Shown piece by piece: positions 18,156 to 27,119 of a stretch of 64,000 nt of DNA. Origin of the DNA: Nitrosopumilus sp. (lineage in GTDB: Archaea; Thermoproteota; Nitrososphaeria; Nitrososphaerales; Nitrosopumilaceae); assembly GCA_965207075.1 (NCBI GenBank), contig CBDBLO010000002.1, forward strand, positions 224,001 to 288,000, given 5' to 3'. Under the pieces are notes generated by a model. That model was not told the DNA's origin. It ran no database searches and was given only the letters and a program-made list of their open reading frames with translations. Each line of letters begins with the position of its first letter. Within the stretch, counting starts at the first letter, position 1. Position numbers and translations under genes: made by a program.

Positions 18156-20156
18156 ATGGCACTTGCCGGAATCGAGCTGCGCTTTATAGTCGACCACATA
18201 TCGGGCATCATAGACGGGTACTACGTCAACAACATCTACGGGGTCACGAGGGACAGCCTGCTGTTCAAGCTGCGCCACACCTCAAAGGACGACCTGTTCC
18301 TGATGGTCTCGACCTTTGGCATATGGCTGACGTCCACCAAGCTGGGCCAGATAGAGGAGAACCGCATGCAGAGGCGCCTGCGCAGCACACTTCTGCGCAT
18401 GAGGTTCCGGCAGATAAGGCAGATCGGCGCCGAGCGCATCGCGTATCTGGAGTTCGAGGGTTTTGGCAGCGAGTTTGTCCTGGTCGTGGAGCTCTTCGGG
18501 GACGGCAACGTCATACTGTGCGATGCGGACATGAAGATACTGGCCCTGATGCACTCGGTGGACGTGAGGCACCGGACGCTCAAGGTCGGGGCCAAGTACG
18601 CCCCGCCGCCCGCGCCGTCAGACAACGCGGTGGACGTGCTGAACATGGACAGGCAGGACTTTGCCTCCCTGCCCGGGGCCGATATGGCCGCGGCCAGGTG
18701 GCTTGGGCGCACGCTGGGACTGCCAAGAAAGTACGCCGAGGGGATAATTCGGATGGCCGGCGTGCCGTCCGGCACCGCGGGCACGCAGCTGGACCAGGGG
18801 CAGGCAGACGCGATATGTGACGCGGCCGTGCGCCTAGTGTCCGACGTAACGTCGGGAAACCACACCCCTGTCATAATAACGCCCGAGGGCAAGAGCCCGG
18901 AGGTGATGCCCGTCGACGTGGCAGGCGGTATGGACGACAACAGCGACGGCGACGCGGCCGGCACCACTACCAAAAGGTCCAGGGCCTCCAGCTTTATGGC
19001 CGGCCTTGACAAGGTCTTTACCGAGTCGTTTCTTGCCAGGGCGCGCGACGCGGGGGCCTCCGGCACGGCCACGCGAATCAGAGACTTAGAGACCCAGATT
19101 GCAGAGCAGCAAAAGGCGGTAGATACCGTGATGCGCCGCTCCGAGTCAGTCGGCGCTCTTGCAAGGTCACTGCTGGGGCTTGCGGGGGAGGGCGCGCTGT
19201 CCATGTCCGACGGGCGCGCCCTGCCCGTACTCGAGGGGTGCGGGGCGCAGCTGCTGCAGGAGAAGGGCGTGCACCTCGTGAGGATATCTGACAAAAAGAT
19301 ACAGGTCAGCATGCAGGCCCCGCTGCAGTCAGTCGCGTCCGTGCTGTTTGACGAGGCAAAGCGGCAGGCAAGGGCGGCCCCGGCCATTGAAAAGTCGATG
19401 GCAGGCGCGCGCAGCAGGCTTGAGAAGCTGTACGACGAGGCACAGTCGGACAGGGCCAGGGCCGGCAGCGGCATCGCCTCTGAGATACGCAAGAAGAGCT
19501 GGTTTGAGCGGTACAGGTGGTTCTACACGTCCGACGGCTCGCTCGCGGTGGGGGGAAGGGACGCCGCGTCCAACTCCGCGGTCATACGCAAGCAGATGGC
19601 CCCGGGCGACCGCGTGTTCCACGCCGAGGTGCACGGCTCGCCGTTCTTCATACTAAAGGGGGCCGACCCGTCCGCGGCGCCCTCCGATGTCAGCATGAAC
19701 GAGGTGGCCCACGCGACGGTCTGCTTTAGCAGGGCCTGGCGCGAGGGGATGCACGGGATGAGCGCGTTCTGGGTCGGCCCCGATCAGGTCCGCAAGTCGG
19801 CGCCCACGGGGCAGTTCCTGCCAAAGGGATCCTTTACCATATCGGGGCAGCGCAACTTCATCCGGCCCCAGTCCCTGAGGCTGGCAGTCGGCATGGTGAT
19901 CCACAACGGCAGCCCCGTGCTGGTGTGCGGGCCGCCGGAGCCCGTCGTGTCGCGCTCCGTTCTGTACGCGATAATAGAGCCGCACGGCCCCGACCTGTCG
20001 GAGGCCGCCAAGCGCGTGAGGACCGAGTTCCTGAAGCTGGACGAGGACGCGGCCAAGAGGATACCGCTTGACGACTTTGTCAGGGTTCTGCCGTCAGGCA
20101 AGAGCCAGGTAAAGGAGGTGGGACGGCAGCAGCAGCAGCCGCCGCCGCAGGACTAG
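18156..20156 (+). CDS. rqc2: Rqc2/NEMF (NFACT family) ribosome quality-control protein
   Basis: ELFGDGNVIL, WFERYRWF, GGRDAASN, HAEVHGSP, QVRKSAPTGQFLPKGSF. Confidence 0.92.
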   Translation: MALAGIELRFIVDHISGIIDGYYVNNIYGVTRDSLLFKLRHTSKDDLFLMVSTFGIWLTSTKLGQIEENRMQRRLRSTLLRMRFRQIRQIGAERIAYLEFEGFGSEFVLVVELFGDGNVILCDADMKILALMHSVDVRHRTLKVGAKYAPPPAPSDNAVDVLNMDRQDFASLPGADMAAARWLGRTLGLPRKYAEGIIRMAGVPSGTAGTQLDQGQADAICDAAVRLVSDVTSGNHTPVIITPEGKSPEVMPVDVAGGMDDNSDGDAAGTTTKRSRASSFMAGLDKVFTESFLARARDAGASGTATRIRDLETQIAEQQKAVDTVMRRSESVGALARSLLGLAGEGALSMSDGRALPVLEGCGAQLLQEKGVHLVRISDKKIQVSMQAPLQSVASVLFDEAKRQARAAPAIEKSMAGARSRLEKLYDEAQSDRARAGSGIASEIRKKSWFERYRWFYTSDGSLAVGGRDAASNSAVIRKQMAPGDRVFHAEVHGSPFFILKGADPSAAPSDVSMNEVAHATVCFSRAWREGMHGMSAFWVGPDQVRKSAPTGQFLPKGSFTISGQRNFIRPQSLRLAVGMVIHNGSPVLVCGPPEPVVSRSVLYAIIEPHGPDLSEAAKRVRTEFLKLDEDAAKRIPLDDFVRVLPSGKSQVKEVGRQQQQPPPQD

Positions 20157-20227
20157 TAAGAAAGGACGCGGCCCGTCCAGCCGCCGACCCTCTGGAGGTT
20201 TGGACTGATATCCAGCTGTACGGCAAG

Positions 20228-21640
20228 TCATGAGCTGCCGTTCCTGCTGCTGCTGTTGTTGCCGCCACTATCGTCGTCGTAGTTGTCCGTGATGCGCACA
20301 AACCCGCCCTCGCGCGGCTCGGGAGGGGGGATCTTCTTTGCGCCGCCAAGGCCTATGGTCGTTATGATGACGGACGTGAGTATTATGAAAAAGACGATCT
20401 GCGGGTAGGCCTCCGCGTTCGGAAGCCCCATGGTGAGCGGCAGCGTCGCCAGGACGGCCGCGGCAAGCCCCCTTGGCATCATCACCTGGGTCACCTTCTT
20501 ATCCAGCCTTGAGAACCTCTTGGTCAGGACCGCCCTTACCATTCCGACGCGCGCCACGTAGATCAGGACCGTCGAGACCACGCCCAGCAGTATATACTCG
20601 ACCTGCCCAAAGCTGGCCAGCAGCCCCACGAACACGAAGAAGAAGGAGCGCACGAGAAACGTCAGCTGGTTGTGGGTCGGGTCGCTTGCCTCGATCCTCC
20701 TCATCTTGAACCTGAAGACCTTTGAGAGGCGGTCCTTGTTTCCCAGCATCAGCCCGAAGACCAGGGCCGTCAGCGCCCCCGACTCGCCGAACATGTTCGC
20801 CATGAAGAACAGCACGAAGAGTATCCCGAGCGTCAGCATGTAGCCGTGCTGCGCGTTTGCAAACTTTGTAGTGACATACATCCACGGGATCCCCACCCCC
20901 AGCCCCAGCACGAGCCCGACCATCATCGCGGTCCCGATGGTCTCGCTGAGCACGGCGAGGCTGAACTCGCCCGTCAGTATGGCCTCGAACATTATGAACG
21001 CGATTATGGTGGCCAGTATGTCGGTAATCGCCGACTCGAAGCTCATCATGGACCTCGCCCCCTCCGAGACGCGCACGTTTCGGACCAGCCCGAACACGAT
21101 GACGGAGCTGCTCCCCCCCACTATCGTGCCGAGCAGTATGCTGTCCATCAGCCACCATCCGGCCCAATAGTACGCGAGCGCCGCCACTATGGCCACCGAC
21201 ACCACGAACCCCAGCACCGCGAGGAATATGGAAAAGTGCGCCGTCCTCGCTATGCTCTTCAGGTCCAGGTTCAGGCCGCCGTCGAACATGATTATGATCA
21301 GCGCGACGGCCGCAAAGTACGGGACGATCTGCGCGACGGCCTCAGGCTGCACTATCCCCAGGACGGGGCCCAGCACGACCCCGAGGATCATCAAAAACGC
21401 GACGTCCGGGATTCCCGTCCTCTTGAAGAACGCCTCGCCCGTCACGCCTAGAAATATGACCACGCCTGCCGCGAGCAGGAGGACGGGCGCCGACGCGATC
21501 GCCCCGTCAGACGTCGTAATCTCCGAGAGCATGTCGATGACCTCCGATATGGAGGCGGGCCACGATGCCCCCTGCAGGAGGCCGTCCCACCGGAACCCGT
21601 CGAGCATGTCAAGCACGGCCAGCGCTACGGGGAACAACAA
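20228..21640 (-). CDS. CPA1/NhaP-type cation:proton antiporter
   Basis: About 12 TM, FDGGL, ESAITD, PRGLAAAVLA; start uncertain (21640 TTG or 21607 ATG). Confidence 0.88.
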   Translation of the reverse strand: MLFPVALAVLDMLDGFRWDGLLQGASWPASISEVIDMLSEITTSDGAIASAPVLLLAAGVVIFLGVTGEAFFKRTGIPDVAFLMILGVVLGPVLGIVQPEAVAQIVPYFAAVALIIIMFDGGLNLDLKSIARTAHFSIFLAVLGFVVSVAIVAALAYYWAGWWLMDSILLGTIVGGSSSVIVFGLVRNVRVSEGARSMMSFESAITDILATIIAFIMFEAILTGEFSLAVLSETIGTAMMVGLVLGLGVGIPWMYVTTKFANAQHGYMLTLGILFVLFFMANMFGESGALTALVFGLMLGNKDRLSKVFRFKMRRIEASDPTHNQLTFLVRSFFFVFVGLLASFGQVEYILLGVVSTVLIYVARVGMVRAVLTKRFSRLDKKVTQVMMPRGLAAAVLATLPLTMGLPNAEAYPQIVFFIILTSVIITTIGLGGAKKIPPPEPREGGFVRITDNYDDDSGGNNSSSRNGSS

Positions 21641-21738
21641 CCCCTGCTTACCACGTTGTCTTAAAACCGATTTGCCCCCTGCTGTTGTACGGATCGGCAC
21701 TTCCTGCTCAGCAGGCCTCGTGCACGATACAGGGCCTG

Positions 21739-23211
21739 CTAAGGATACGCAATGTGCTCCGCTATCACGCCGTCGATCTCAGATACGGGGATGCGGGACT
21801 GCTCCATGCTGTCCCGCCGCCTTATCGTGACGGTCTGGTCCTGCAGGGTCTGGTGGTCCACCGTTATGGCAAACGGGGCGCCCACCTCGTCAAGACGCCT
21901 GTACCTACGGCCGATGGCGCCCGAGTGGTCCAGGAACGCGTCGCACTTGCGCCTTATCATGCGGTATATCTCGTCGGTCTTTTCGCGCAGCCCGTCCTTC
22001 TTTACCAGGGAGAGCACGCCCACATGGACCGGCGCCAGGTACGGCCTGAGCGACAGCACGGTTCTGTCGTCGTGCTCCGCGTCGCGCGTGAGGGAGTGCT
22101 CCAGTATGGTGTACAGGCTGCGGTCGATGCCCATGGAGATCTCAAAGACGTGCGGCAGCACCTTCTGCTCCCCGTCCATGACCTCGAACTTTTCGCCGCT
22201 CTGCTTGGCGTGCCCTGACAGGTCGTGCCCGGATCTGTAGTTGCACGCGACCAGCTCCAGCCACCCCGTCGATACCTCCACCTCAAAGTCAAAGGCAACC
22301 TCCGCATAGAACGCCTTCTCCTTCTGGCCCAGCTTCCGGAACCTGCTCTTTGACATGTCGATGCCGGTCTTTTCATAGAACTCGGCCAGCAGCCCCAGAT
22401 AGTACGCCACCAGCCTGCTTGGCAGCAGCCCTGCTTGTACCGCGTCGGAGCACGATACGGTCTGGATCGGCGCGTCACCTCCGTCTGCAACCTGCAGGTT
22501 GAGCATGGTGTTCTCAACCTCCGCAAAGTTCGGCGCATCGTCCAGCTTGTCGGGGTTGCAGAACACCTCTATCTCCGCCTGGTAGAACTCCCTCAGGCGC
22601 AGGAGCCCCTGCCTTGGCGCGATCTCGTTCCTGAAGCTCTTGCCTATCTGCCCCACGCCGACCGGCAGCCTCCCCCTCATGGACTTGAACAGCCTTGGAA
22701 AGTCCACGAATATCGACTGGCAGGTCTCGGGGCGCAGGTACGCCGCCTTCTGCTCGGGCCCTATGCCCACCCTGAACATCATGTTGAACCGCTCCGTGGC
22801 GGAGAACTGCCCGCCGCACTTGGGGCACCTTATGCCGTTCTCCGCGATTGCGGCGTCAAACTCGGCCGGCTCTGCGGACTCTGGTATGGTCACGTTTGAT
22901 ATCTCCTCTATGGCCTTGTCCGCCCTGACCGTGAGGCCGCACTTTTCGCACCTCGTTATGGGATCCGCAAAGCTTGCCAGGTGGCCCGACGCCTCGAACA
23001 CCGATCCGGACATTATCTGCGAGCCGTCGATCTCCATCATGGCGTCCCGCCTGATCAGCTCGCGCCGCCACAGCTCGACGAACTTGTTCTTCAGGGAGAC
23101 GCCTGACGGCCCGTACTCCCAGAACCCGGCCTGCGCGTCGCCGTACACCTCGCAGCTTGGAAAGTAAAAGCCACGCTCCAGTGCAAGCTTTACGACCTCG
23201 TCATAGTTCAT
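21739..23211 (-). CDS. glyS: Glycyl-tRNA synthetase (alpha2, archaeal/eukaryal type)
   Basis: FNMMF, YLRPETCQ, QIGKSFRNEIAPRQGLLRLREF, IGRRYRRLDE. Confidence 0.96.
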   Translation of the reverse strand: MNYDEVVKLALERGFYFPSCEVYGDAQAGFWEYGPSGVSLKNKFVELWRRELIRRDAMMEIDGSQIMSGSVFEASGHLASFADPITRCEKCGLTVRADKAIEEISNVTIPESAEPAEFDAAIAENGIRCPKCGGQFSATERFNMMFRVGIGPEQKAAYLRPETCQSIFVDFPRLFKSMRGRLPVGVGQIGKSFRNEIAPRQGLLRLREFYQAEIEVFCNPDKLDDAPNFAEVENTMLNLQVADGGDAPIQTVSCSDAVQAGLLPSRLVAYYLGLLAEFYEKTGIDMSKSRFRKLGQKEKAFYAEVAFDFEVEVSTGWLELVACNYRSGHDLSGHAKQSGEKFEVMDGEQKVLPHVFEISMGIDRSLYTILEHSLTRDAEHDDRTVLSLRPYLAPVHVGVLSLVKKDGLREKTDEIYRMIRRKCDAFLDHSGAIGRRYRRLDEVGAPFAITVDHQTLQDQTVTIRRRDSMEQSRIPVSEIDGVIAEHIAYP

Positions 23212-23249
23212 CGCATCTCACCCGCGTTGTAGCCGTCCTGATATAACCA

Positions 23250-24128
23250 TCACGCCCGGGCCTTGCCGGCGCCTCCTGCCGCAAGAAGCTCCCTGGTCTT
23301 GGCAATGTTTCCCACGTCGTCCCTCTTCTCGTCGATCGGGGTCTCCAAGATGAGCGGTATGCCGTTCTTGTCGGCGGTCCTTGCCGCAGCCGCCATTCCC
23401 TCCTCGCCTATCTCGCCGAGTCCTATGTGGTAGTGCCTATCGCGCCTTGATCCCAGCTCGCCCTTTGCGTCGTTGAGGTGAATTATCTTGAGCCTGTCCA
23501 TTCCCACGCGCTCCTCGAACAGGCCGAACGTCTCTTTTACGCTCTTTTTGGTCCGCAAGTCGTACCCAGCCGCGAACGCATGGCACGTGTCAAGGCAGAC
23601 CCCAAACCTTCCGGCGGGCCTGCACCTGCCCAGTATGTCGCCAAGCTGCCCCAGGTCGGAGCCTACCGAGTTCTTCTGGCCCGCCGTGTTCTCCAGTAGT
23701 ATCATCACGTCGTTGTCCGTTGCCTTGGCCGCCCCGTTGAGCCCCCTGACCAGCCTGTCCATGCCGGCCTCCTCGCCTGAGCCCAGATGGCTGCCGAGGT
23801 GCGTCACTACATACGGGATGCCGAGCAGCCCGCACCGGCGCACCTCGTCTGTGAGCGTGGCAGTCGACTTTGCAAAGCCCGCGTCGTCCGGAGATGCCAG
23901 GTTGGGTAGGTACGGCATGTGGGCGCAGATCGCGTCCCCGTCGATCCCGCTCTCCTCAAGCTTGGTCCGGAATGCGGCGGTCACCTGTCCGTCAAGCTCC
24001 TTTGCGTGCCACCCCCGGGGGTTGCGCGTGAACATCTGGAACGCGGTGCAGCCGCGTTGCACGGCGTTGTCGACTGCCATGTCGATGGAGCCCGATATGG
24101 ACACGTGGCACCCGATTCTTGCCGTCAT
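23250..24128 (-). CDS. nfo: Endonuclease IV (AP endonuclease 2)
   Basis: IGCHVS, HMPYLPNLAS, HLGSH, LENTAG, LDTCHAFAAG, HLND, DRH, ILETP. Confidence 0.95.
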   Translation of the reverse strand: MTARIGCHVSISGSIDMAVDNAVQRGCTAFQMFTRNPRGWHAKELDGQVTAAFRTKLEESGIDGDAICAHMPYLPNLASPDDAGFAKSTATLTDEVRRCGLLGIPYVVTHLGSHLGSGEEAGMDRLVRGLNGAAKATDNDVMILLENTAGQKNSVGSDLGQLGDILGRCRPAGRFGVCLDTCHAFAAGYDLRTKKSVKETFGLFEERVGMDRLKIIHLNDAKGELGSRRDRHYHIGLGEIGEEGMAAAARTADKNGIPLILETPIDEKRDDVGNIAKTRELLAAGGAGKARA

Positions 24129-24171
24129 TACACGCGGCGGTCGTGCGCGTGATAATTTAAACCCGCATGGA

Positions 24172-24237
24172 AAGGGGGCTGTCAAGTTGGTGTGTGGTTA
24201 TGAATACATCGTCACGCACCAACCTGACAGCCCCCTT
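24172..24237. repeat. Long inverted repeat / hairpin (possible miniature transposable element or operator)
   Basis: AAGGGGGCTGTCAAGTTGGTGTGTG pairs with CACGCACCAACCTGACAGCCCCCTT (25 bp, 2 mismatches) around a 16-nt spacer. Confidence 0.8.
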
Positions 24238-24278
24238 GACACATAATGCTTTTTAATGCGGCCGGAGCACATGGAGGC

Positions 24279-24410
24279 ATGTCAGAGACCCGCAGGCTCG
24301 ACGACCTTGATGACGAGGAGATAAAAGCCGTAGAAGAATTTTACAAGGATAGAAAAGACCTGAAAACATTCAAGACTGCCGATGAGCTCATCAGGTGGCT
24401 AAATGAGTGA
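24279..24410 (+). CDS. Putative acidic antitoxin, 43 aa (not in ORF track)
   Basis: MSETRRLDDLDDEEIKAVEEFYKDRKDLKTFKTADELIRWLNE; F.T.DEL...L tail typical of RelB-type antitoxins; GGAGG upstream; overlaps toxin start by 8 nt. Confidence 0.78.
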   Translation: MSETRRLDDLDDEEIKAVEEFYKDRKDLKTFKTADELIRWLNE

Positions 24411-24684
24411 TTGGCGGCATGTGTGGACGTTTGAGATCAAACCCCCGTTTAAAAAACAGTACAGAGGACTTGATGCAATAACGCGCAAAAAAGTAGACGA
24501 TGCAATGCGTGATCTGCAGGGATCAGAAAATCCGGCACTGCTTGGCAGATACAAACAAGGCATGCGCATCTTTTCGTATGATGTGGGTAGAAAATACAGG
24601 ATAATTTACAACGTAAACTGGGACAGCAACGCGATAGAATTGCTTCGTGTATGCGATCACAAATCAGTATATCGCAGAGACTGA
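24403..24684 (+). CDS. RelE/ParE-superfamily toxin
   Basis: 93 aa basic; FKKQYRGL, YRIIY, I.LLRV..HKSVY pattern; low GC. Confidence 0.85.
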   Translation: MSDWRHVWTFEIKPPFKKQYRGLDAITRKKVDDAMRDLQGSENPALLGRYKQGMRIFSYDVGRKYRIIYNVNWDSNAIELLRVCDHKSVYRRD

Positions 24685-24956
24685 CGCCCGTCTCCTTTCT
24701 AGGTAATACCGCCTTCGACGGATCCGTATTCTGTCGTAAAGATGGGGCAACCCGTACAAACAATTCCATCACCTGTAGGCACGTCGGCTTCTTTGCCGTT
24801 ATTTCTGTCAGTACGAACGCTTCGAACTGCCCTTGGCAACGTTTCCATCCCTGTTCAAAAATAATCTCCCTGTTTCCGCCTTCATCGATGTATGATGATA
24901 GGCCACCTTGCGCCATGCAAGTTTAAGTAAGCGGCGCCTATCCTGTTGTCGGTGTT

Positions 24957-25805
24957 ATGGCAACAGCGTCCCAGCCCGTCCGGCAGTACGAGGTGCGAAA
25001 CGGCCGCAACCGGTGCCACCTGATCCCCTACATAGGAAACAAGTCCGGCTTCTCGGACATATTCGACGAGCTGGTGCCCGACGATGCCGGCAGCGGGAAG
25101 ATTGTGGACGTCTTTGGCGGGTCCGGGGCGTTTGCCATATACTGCTGCTTTAGGTTCGGCTCGGATCGCGTGGTTTACAACGACAACAACCCCGTCCTGA
25201 CCAACTTTGTGACCCTTGTCCGCGATGACGTGGCAGGTTTGATCGAGGAGTACGAAGGGCACAGGAGCATGTCGTCTCCCGACTACTTCCTGAAGGTGCG
25301 TACAGAGTCCCTGACAGACGGCCTGAGAGGTGCCGGGAGGTTCCTGTACCTTGCAAAGAACGCATTTAGCGGCAAGATTCGCTTCAACAAGAAGAACAAG
25401 TTCAACGCCCCGATGAGGAAGAGTGCGAGGTGCCCCTCGCTCTCAGAGGAGCGCCTGCGAACCATCAGCGACGCGGTGAGAGGGATGGCCATAACCAACA
25501 AGAATTTTGAAGAGTTCCAGGACGTCAAACGCGCATTTCTCTACCTTGATCCCCCGTACATGAACAACACAAACGCTCACTACAACGGGGTGCCCGCAAC
25601 AGATAGCTTTGCGCGGTTCGTACGCGCGGCCACGTTGCACAACCGCGTCATGATATCCGAGCAGAACGAGCCGGACGCGATAGGGATCCCCGAGTCCTAC
25701 AGGATCTACCGCATAGCGCTGCGCCGATCCCTGCAGTATGTGACGCAAAGGGGCAGCGCGGAGATAATAGCGGTAAACTACGACCCGCGCGAGTGTACGA
25801 AATAA
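24957..25805 (+). CDS. Dam-like (D12 class, alpha group) N6-adenine DNA methyltransferase, orphan
   Basis: PYIGNK, VDVFGGSGA (motif I), YNDNN, FLYL...F.G..R.N....FN.P, YLDPPY (motif IV). Confidence 0.9.
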   Translation: MATASQPVRQYEVRNGRNRCHLIPYIGNKSGFSDIFDELVPDDAGSGKIVDVFGGSGAFAIYCCFRFGSDRVVYNDNNPVLTNFVTLVRDDVAGLIEEYEGHRSMSSPDYFLKVRTESLTDGLRGAGRFLYLAKNAFSGKIRFNKKNKFNAPMRKSARCPSLSEERLRTISDAVRGMAITNKNFEEFQDVKRAFLYLDPPYMNNTNAHYNGVPATDSFARFVRAATLHNRVMISEQNEPDAIGIPESYRIYRIALRRSLQYVTQRGSAEIIAVNYDPRECTK

Positions 25806-26036
25806 TGCAGCTTTTACTTCAAGGCCCGGGACCGGGCAAGCCCATGCAGAGAAAGACGCCGGCTGGAATATTCTGCGCCGGCGCCCCGTCCAGTTCCCGC
25901 CAAAGGATCCGCCCGGGATGTTCTGTTGCATGTCACTTAGGCCCGTCATCGCGACTGGCAGTCATTCCGCCGCTGGCCTTGACGGCTGGCCTGCAGCGTC
26001 CTTGTTCTTTTTATGTATCTGCATGCAAGCCATGCC

Positions 26037-27119
26037 ATGCTTGTGCTGGGCAAGGATGAAAAGGCAAAGTATCCCTTTCTGGCCGACGCCGGAAGGCACC
26101 TACAGGAGTACGGATTTGAGCTCCCGCAGTTCGGCACCGATCCCGCCCTCAAGGCCGTCGTGGACAAGGCGCACGAGCGGGTGATGGCGGCTACCGCCGG
26201 CTCCGTGTACAGGTCCGGGCTGGCCGACGGCAGGGCGGTGCAAGACCGCATGCTGGACGTGGAGATACTCTCGTTTCTGATTGCCATTGTACTGATAAAG
26301 CTGGCCAATCGCCACACGCTCGTAAGGCGCTTTGCGCTAAGCGAGGCCCGCAGGGCGGAGTCGTACCTGGCCGGGGACCTGTCGGACCGCCGCGACCGCT
26401 CAAGGGCCGACATGGCGCGGCGCATACTGCACGACCTGTTCGGGCTCGAGGTAGGAGCGAGCGACTACCGGTACCTGATACCCGTGCCGGACTATCTCAA
26501 GCACTCCTCCGTATTCCACGAGCGCGAGTGGAAGCTGGTAAACAGGCAGGTCGAAGACGGCCACGTGATACTAAAGCCAGACAAGACGGTCAGGCTGATC
26601 CGGCACGCGCTGACCACGTACATCTCAGACAAGATCAGGGCCTCGCCGGTTCCGGACATGATACCCGGCCTCGAGGGGATGGTCGCCGAGCTGGCCGCCG
26701 TGGCCGACAAGCTCACGCCCGCATACGAGAGCACAGGCGAGAACCCGCCCTGCATAAAGCACGCCATCAACGTGCTCAAAAGCGGCGAGAACCTTCCCCA
26801 CTCGGGCCGGTTCATGCTGGCCACGTTCCTCCTCGCGAGGGGGCGCCCCGTCGAGGAGATCGCGCCCCTCTTCAAGAACGCGCCCGACTACAGCGAGCGG
26901 GTAACGATGTACCAGCTGAACCACCTGTCCGGCAGGACGGGAGGCGTGAAATACAACTGTCCCTCGTGCGACAAGCTGCGCACCCAGAACCTGTGCTTTG
27001 CCGTGCCGGAATGCGACGGAATCATAACGCCGCTGCAGTTCGGGCGGCGGAGAAAGGCGGTTCAGCATGAGCAGCAGCCGCCTTCCGACACGGAACCTAC
27101 GGAGGGAGAGCCGGCATGA
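26037..27119 (+). CDS. priL: DNA primase large subunit
   Basis: AKYPFL, WKLVNR, PPCI, NLPHSGRF, APDY, Y.CPSC..L....LC. Confidence 0.93.
   Translation: MLVLGKDEKAKYPFLADAGRHLQEYGFELPQFGTDPALKAVVDKAHERVMAATAGSVYRSGLADGRAVQDRMLDVEILSFLIAIVLIKLANRHTLVRRFALSEARRAESYLAGDLSDRRDRSRADMARRILHDLFGLEVGASDYRYLIPVPDYLKHSSVFHEREWKLVNRQVEDGHVILKPDKTVRLIRHALTTYISDKIRASPVPDMIPGLEGMVAELAAVADKLTPAYESTGENPPCIKHAINVLKSGENLPHSGRFMLATFLLARGRPVEEIAPLFKNAPDYSERVTMYQLNHLSGRTGGVKYNCPSCDKLRTQNLCFAVPECDGIITPLQFGRRRKAVQHEQQPPSDTEPTEGEPA

Noticed and set aside
18236-19492. Long antisense ORFs (also 30455..31702, 47628..48830, 55596..56774)
   Set aside because: Shadow frames expected from high GC3 codon bias opposite well-supported genes
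24449-24916. Minus-strand ORF (YIDEGGN) as a cognate restriction enzyme or DUF3800 remnant
   Set aside because: Overlaps the toxin antisense, no further motifs, and the TATA spacing fits the methylase instead
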